Below are positions 62,256 to 64,000 of a stretch of 64,000 nt of DNA, in pieces; positions within the stretch are counted from its first letter, which is position 1; the number at the start of each line of letters is the position of its first letter. Source of the DNA: Planctomycetota bacterium (GTDB taxonomy: Bacteria > Planctomycetota > Phycisphaerae > UBA1845); NCBI GenBank assembly GCA_024280855.1, contig JAJRPG010000085.1, forward strand, positions 47,190-111,189, given 5' to 3'. Both the position numbers and the translations under genes were made by a program. The notes under the pieces are model-generated. The model did not search any database and was not told where the DNA came from. It saw only the letters and a list, made by a program, of their open reading frames with translations.

Positions 62256-64000
62256 ATGTCGCTGTTTAGCAATCGAGGAGTAGGCATAAAGATCGGGCTC
62301 GGGTATGCAACAGTTGCACTCATTCTTGTGGGTGCCGTATCCACCACGATTTGGCAGGTTAGTCGTACTGCGGAGGTCACCAACCGGGTAATCGATCTTC
62401 GTGCCCCTACCGCACAGGCAAGCCTGGGAATGATGAACGGAATGAACCATTCACTAGCAGCTCTACGTGGATGGATCATCCTAGGCAAAGACAAGTTCAA
62501 ACAAGAGCGTGCCATCGCTTGGTCAAAAGAAATTGAACCAGCGCTGGCCACCATGAAAGAGTTCGCAACCAACTGGACAGATCCGCAAAACATTGAACGA
62601 CTGAATGCGATCGAGGCGAAGCTCATTGACTTCAAAAATTTTCAGAAGGAAATCGAGGACATTGCCCAGACTGTTGAAAACACGCCGGCCAAGAAGATTT
62701 TATTTGAACAAGCAGCGCCTCAAGCGCAGATTTTGAGTAAGCAGATTACAAGGATGATCGATCTGGAGGCTCAATACGACAGCACTTCCGCCTTGGAGGC
62801 GACACAGGGCATCACCCGCGCCATGAAGCTAGCTGAGGTCATTACCGAACAAGTCGCTACCGACCGCGCGTATTATGCCAAAAACGTTGTTGCCAAACTC
62901 AAGTCGGAGAATCCAGACTTCCAAGCAGGTGTGGGATATCATGATATAAGCGGCGCGATACCACCACCAGCCACCTTTGTACGTGAAACCTCCGAGGCCC
63001 TGGGCGACAGCGCCGGATATCGATATGAACTACTAAGCGAGTGGAATATCAACAAGGAGAAAGGACTCCATAATAGCTTTGAAACAGAAGCCTGGAAAAG
63101 CCTGTCTCGTAATCCAAATACACCTTATGTCGAGTTCATCTCCACAGGGTCGGGAGTCGAATATCGTTACGCGACTGCAGATATTGCTTCTTCCCAGAGC
63201 TGTGTTTCCTGTCACAACAGCCACACGGACAGTCTCAAAAAGGACTTCAAAATTGGTGACTTGATGGGCATTCTCGTCGTCTCTTCGCTCGTAACCCAGG
63301 ATCAGGAAGTCGGGGAAGTCCTGCTAAACCTTGACGACGACAGCCATACAGTAGGCGGCGTTATCGAAGCATCTCGTAGGCTGTCGAAGGATATGTCCTC
63401 ACGTAAGGCTGTGTTTGGGATGATGGCGGACACTAGGGGAACCCTCGGCTTAGGACTCGGTGCCATACGCGCATTCCTGCTTTCAGGCGAGACAAGATTC
63501 AAACAGGAGTTTGTAAAACTTTGGACCAAGAATACAAAGCGTTTCGGTGATCTAACCGCACATGTAAATATTCTAACACCCGAACAACATGAAGCCTTTA
63601 ACATTTTCGCTGCCGCGCGAAAGAAGTTTGATCCGCTACCACAGAAGATGTTTACCATTCGTGGCGGTGATGACTGGAACTTAGCCAATAGATGGCTTGG
63701 TACTAAAGCTGCGCCTGCTGCGTTTACGATTAAGAAAAACCTTGATGCCATGATCGCTAGCCAGCAGAAACTTATGGCCACCGACATGACCGAGGGAAAA
63801 AGGCTTACAACTGCTCTTATGACAACACAGTGGATCCTACTCGGCGCAGGCATCGCCCTTTGTACGATTCTAGGCATACTCATCACGCGTTCAATCACTA
63901 AGCCGATCAACCAAATAATCGCCGGCCTTAACGAAGGTTCTGATCAGGTCAATGACGCGGCATCGCAGGTTTCCTCGTCTAGTCAACAATCCGCGGAGGG
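62256..64000 (+). CDS. Methyl-accepting chemotaxis protein (5' partial; runs off the window) with a periplasmic c-type-heme Tll0287-like (DUF3365) sensor domain
   Basis: Hand translation from ATG 62256; this gene is not in the ORF track because it is open-ended. TM1 GLGYATVALILVGAV. Helical ligand-binding modules. GYRYELLSEWNIN...EYRYATADIASSQSCVSCHNSH with CxxCH at 63201..63215. TM2 WILLGAGIALCTILGILI. HAMP start ITKPINQIIAGLNEGSDQV. Confidence 0.85.
   Translation, partial: MSLFSNRGVGIKIGLGYATVALILVGAVSTTIWQVSRTAEVTNRVIDLRAPTAQASLGMMNGMNHSLAALRGWIILGKDKFKQERAIAWSKEIEPALATMKEFATNWTDPQNIERLNAIEAKLIDFKNFQKEIEDIAQTVENTPAKKILFEQAAPQAQILSKQITRMIDLEAQYDSTSALEATQGITRAMKLAEVITEQVATDRAYYAKNVVAKLKSENPDFQAGVGYHDISGAIPPPATFVRETSEALGDSAGYRYELLSEWNINKEKGLHNSFETEAWKSLSRNPNTPYVEFISTGSGVEYRYATADIASSQSCVSCHNSHTDSLKKDFKIGDLMGILVVSSLVTQDQEVGEVLLNLDDDSHTVGGVIEASRRLSKDMSSRKAVFGMMADTRGTLGLGLGAIRAFLLSGETRFKQEFVKLWTKNTKRFGDLTAHVNILTPEQHEAFNIFAAARKKFDPLPQKMFTIRGGDDWNLANRWLGTKAAPAAFTIKKNLDAMIASQQKLMATDMTEGKRLTTALMTTQWILLGAGIALCTILGILITRSITKPINQIIAGLNEGSDQVNDAASQVSSSSQQSAE

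Noticed and set aside
61991-63910. Minus-strand ORFs 61991..62635, 62055..62450 and 63302..63910
   Set aside because: They lie antisense to a long open plus-strand frame (62256 onward) that encodes a textbook MCP with TM, sensor and HAMP regions. That frame is missing from the ORF track only because it has no stop inside the window.

Overview
Gene-dense chromosomal window of about 50% GC with roughly 55 protein genes and one intact tRNA. All family calls rest on motif recognition by eye; no searches were run. The source is probably a PVC-type bacterium. That is an inference from many prepilin-type pseudopilin paralogs, IPTL-CTERM-like sorting tails and an AroD-AroE fusion. Layout: (1) 1-3.0 kb holds a sucrose module: SPP-like HAD, GH100-like invertase and fructokinase. 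(2) 3.1-7.7 kb holds an NO-stress module: an NsrR-like Rrf2 regulator, quinol NO reductase and RIC/YtfE. It lies between a decayed partial tRNA-Leu copy and the intact tRNA-Leu(UAA). (3) 8-31 kb holds a MarR regulator with a 4-Cys tail, a 1156-aa surface protein, MscS, a CPA1 antiporter, DPP-IV, PckA and two secreted proteins with C-terminal sorting tails, one of them collagen-like. (4) 31.3 kb holds an RRM RNA-binding gene interrupted by an in-frame TAA. (5) 31.7-47.4 kb holds housekeeping and glycan-precursor genes (kynB, moaC, polyprenyl synthase, CapD-like, aroK, aroDE, wecB, ugd, epimerase). (6) 47.8-51.5 kb holds a four-gene minor-pseudopilin operon. Two of its members carry a shared, unassigned ~200-aa domain plus Cys-rich modules; I rate this the most novel item. 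(7) 51.55-51.9 kb holds a tRNA 3' fragment and an IS3-type remnant. (8) 52-64 kb holds a chemosensory cluster: cheB, cheR, cheX, cheY, HDOD, cheD, DUF342, MarR-4Cys, cheW, a frameshifted cheA, Rrf2 and an MCP with a c-heme sensor domain. A MITE-like palindromic repeat occurs twice (12.5 kb and 23.6 kb). No CRISPR array, rRNA or recognisable defence system was seen.
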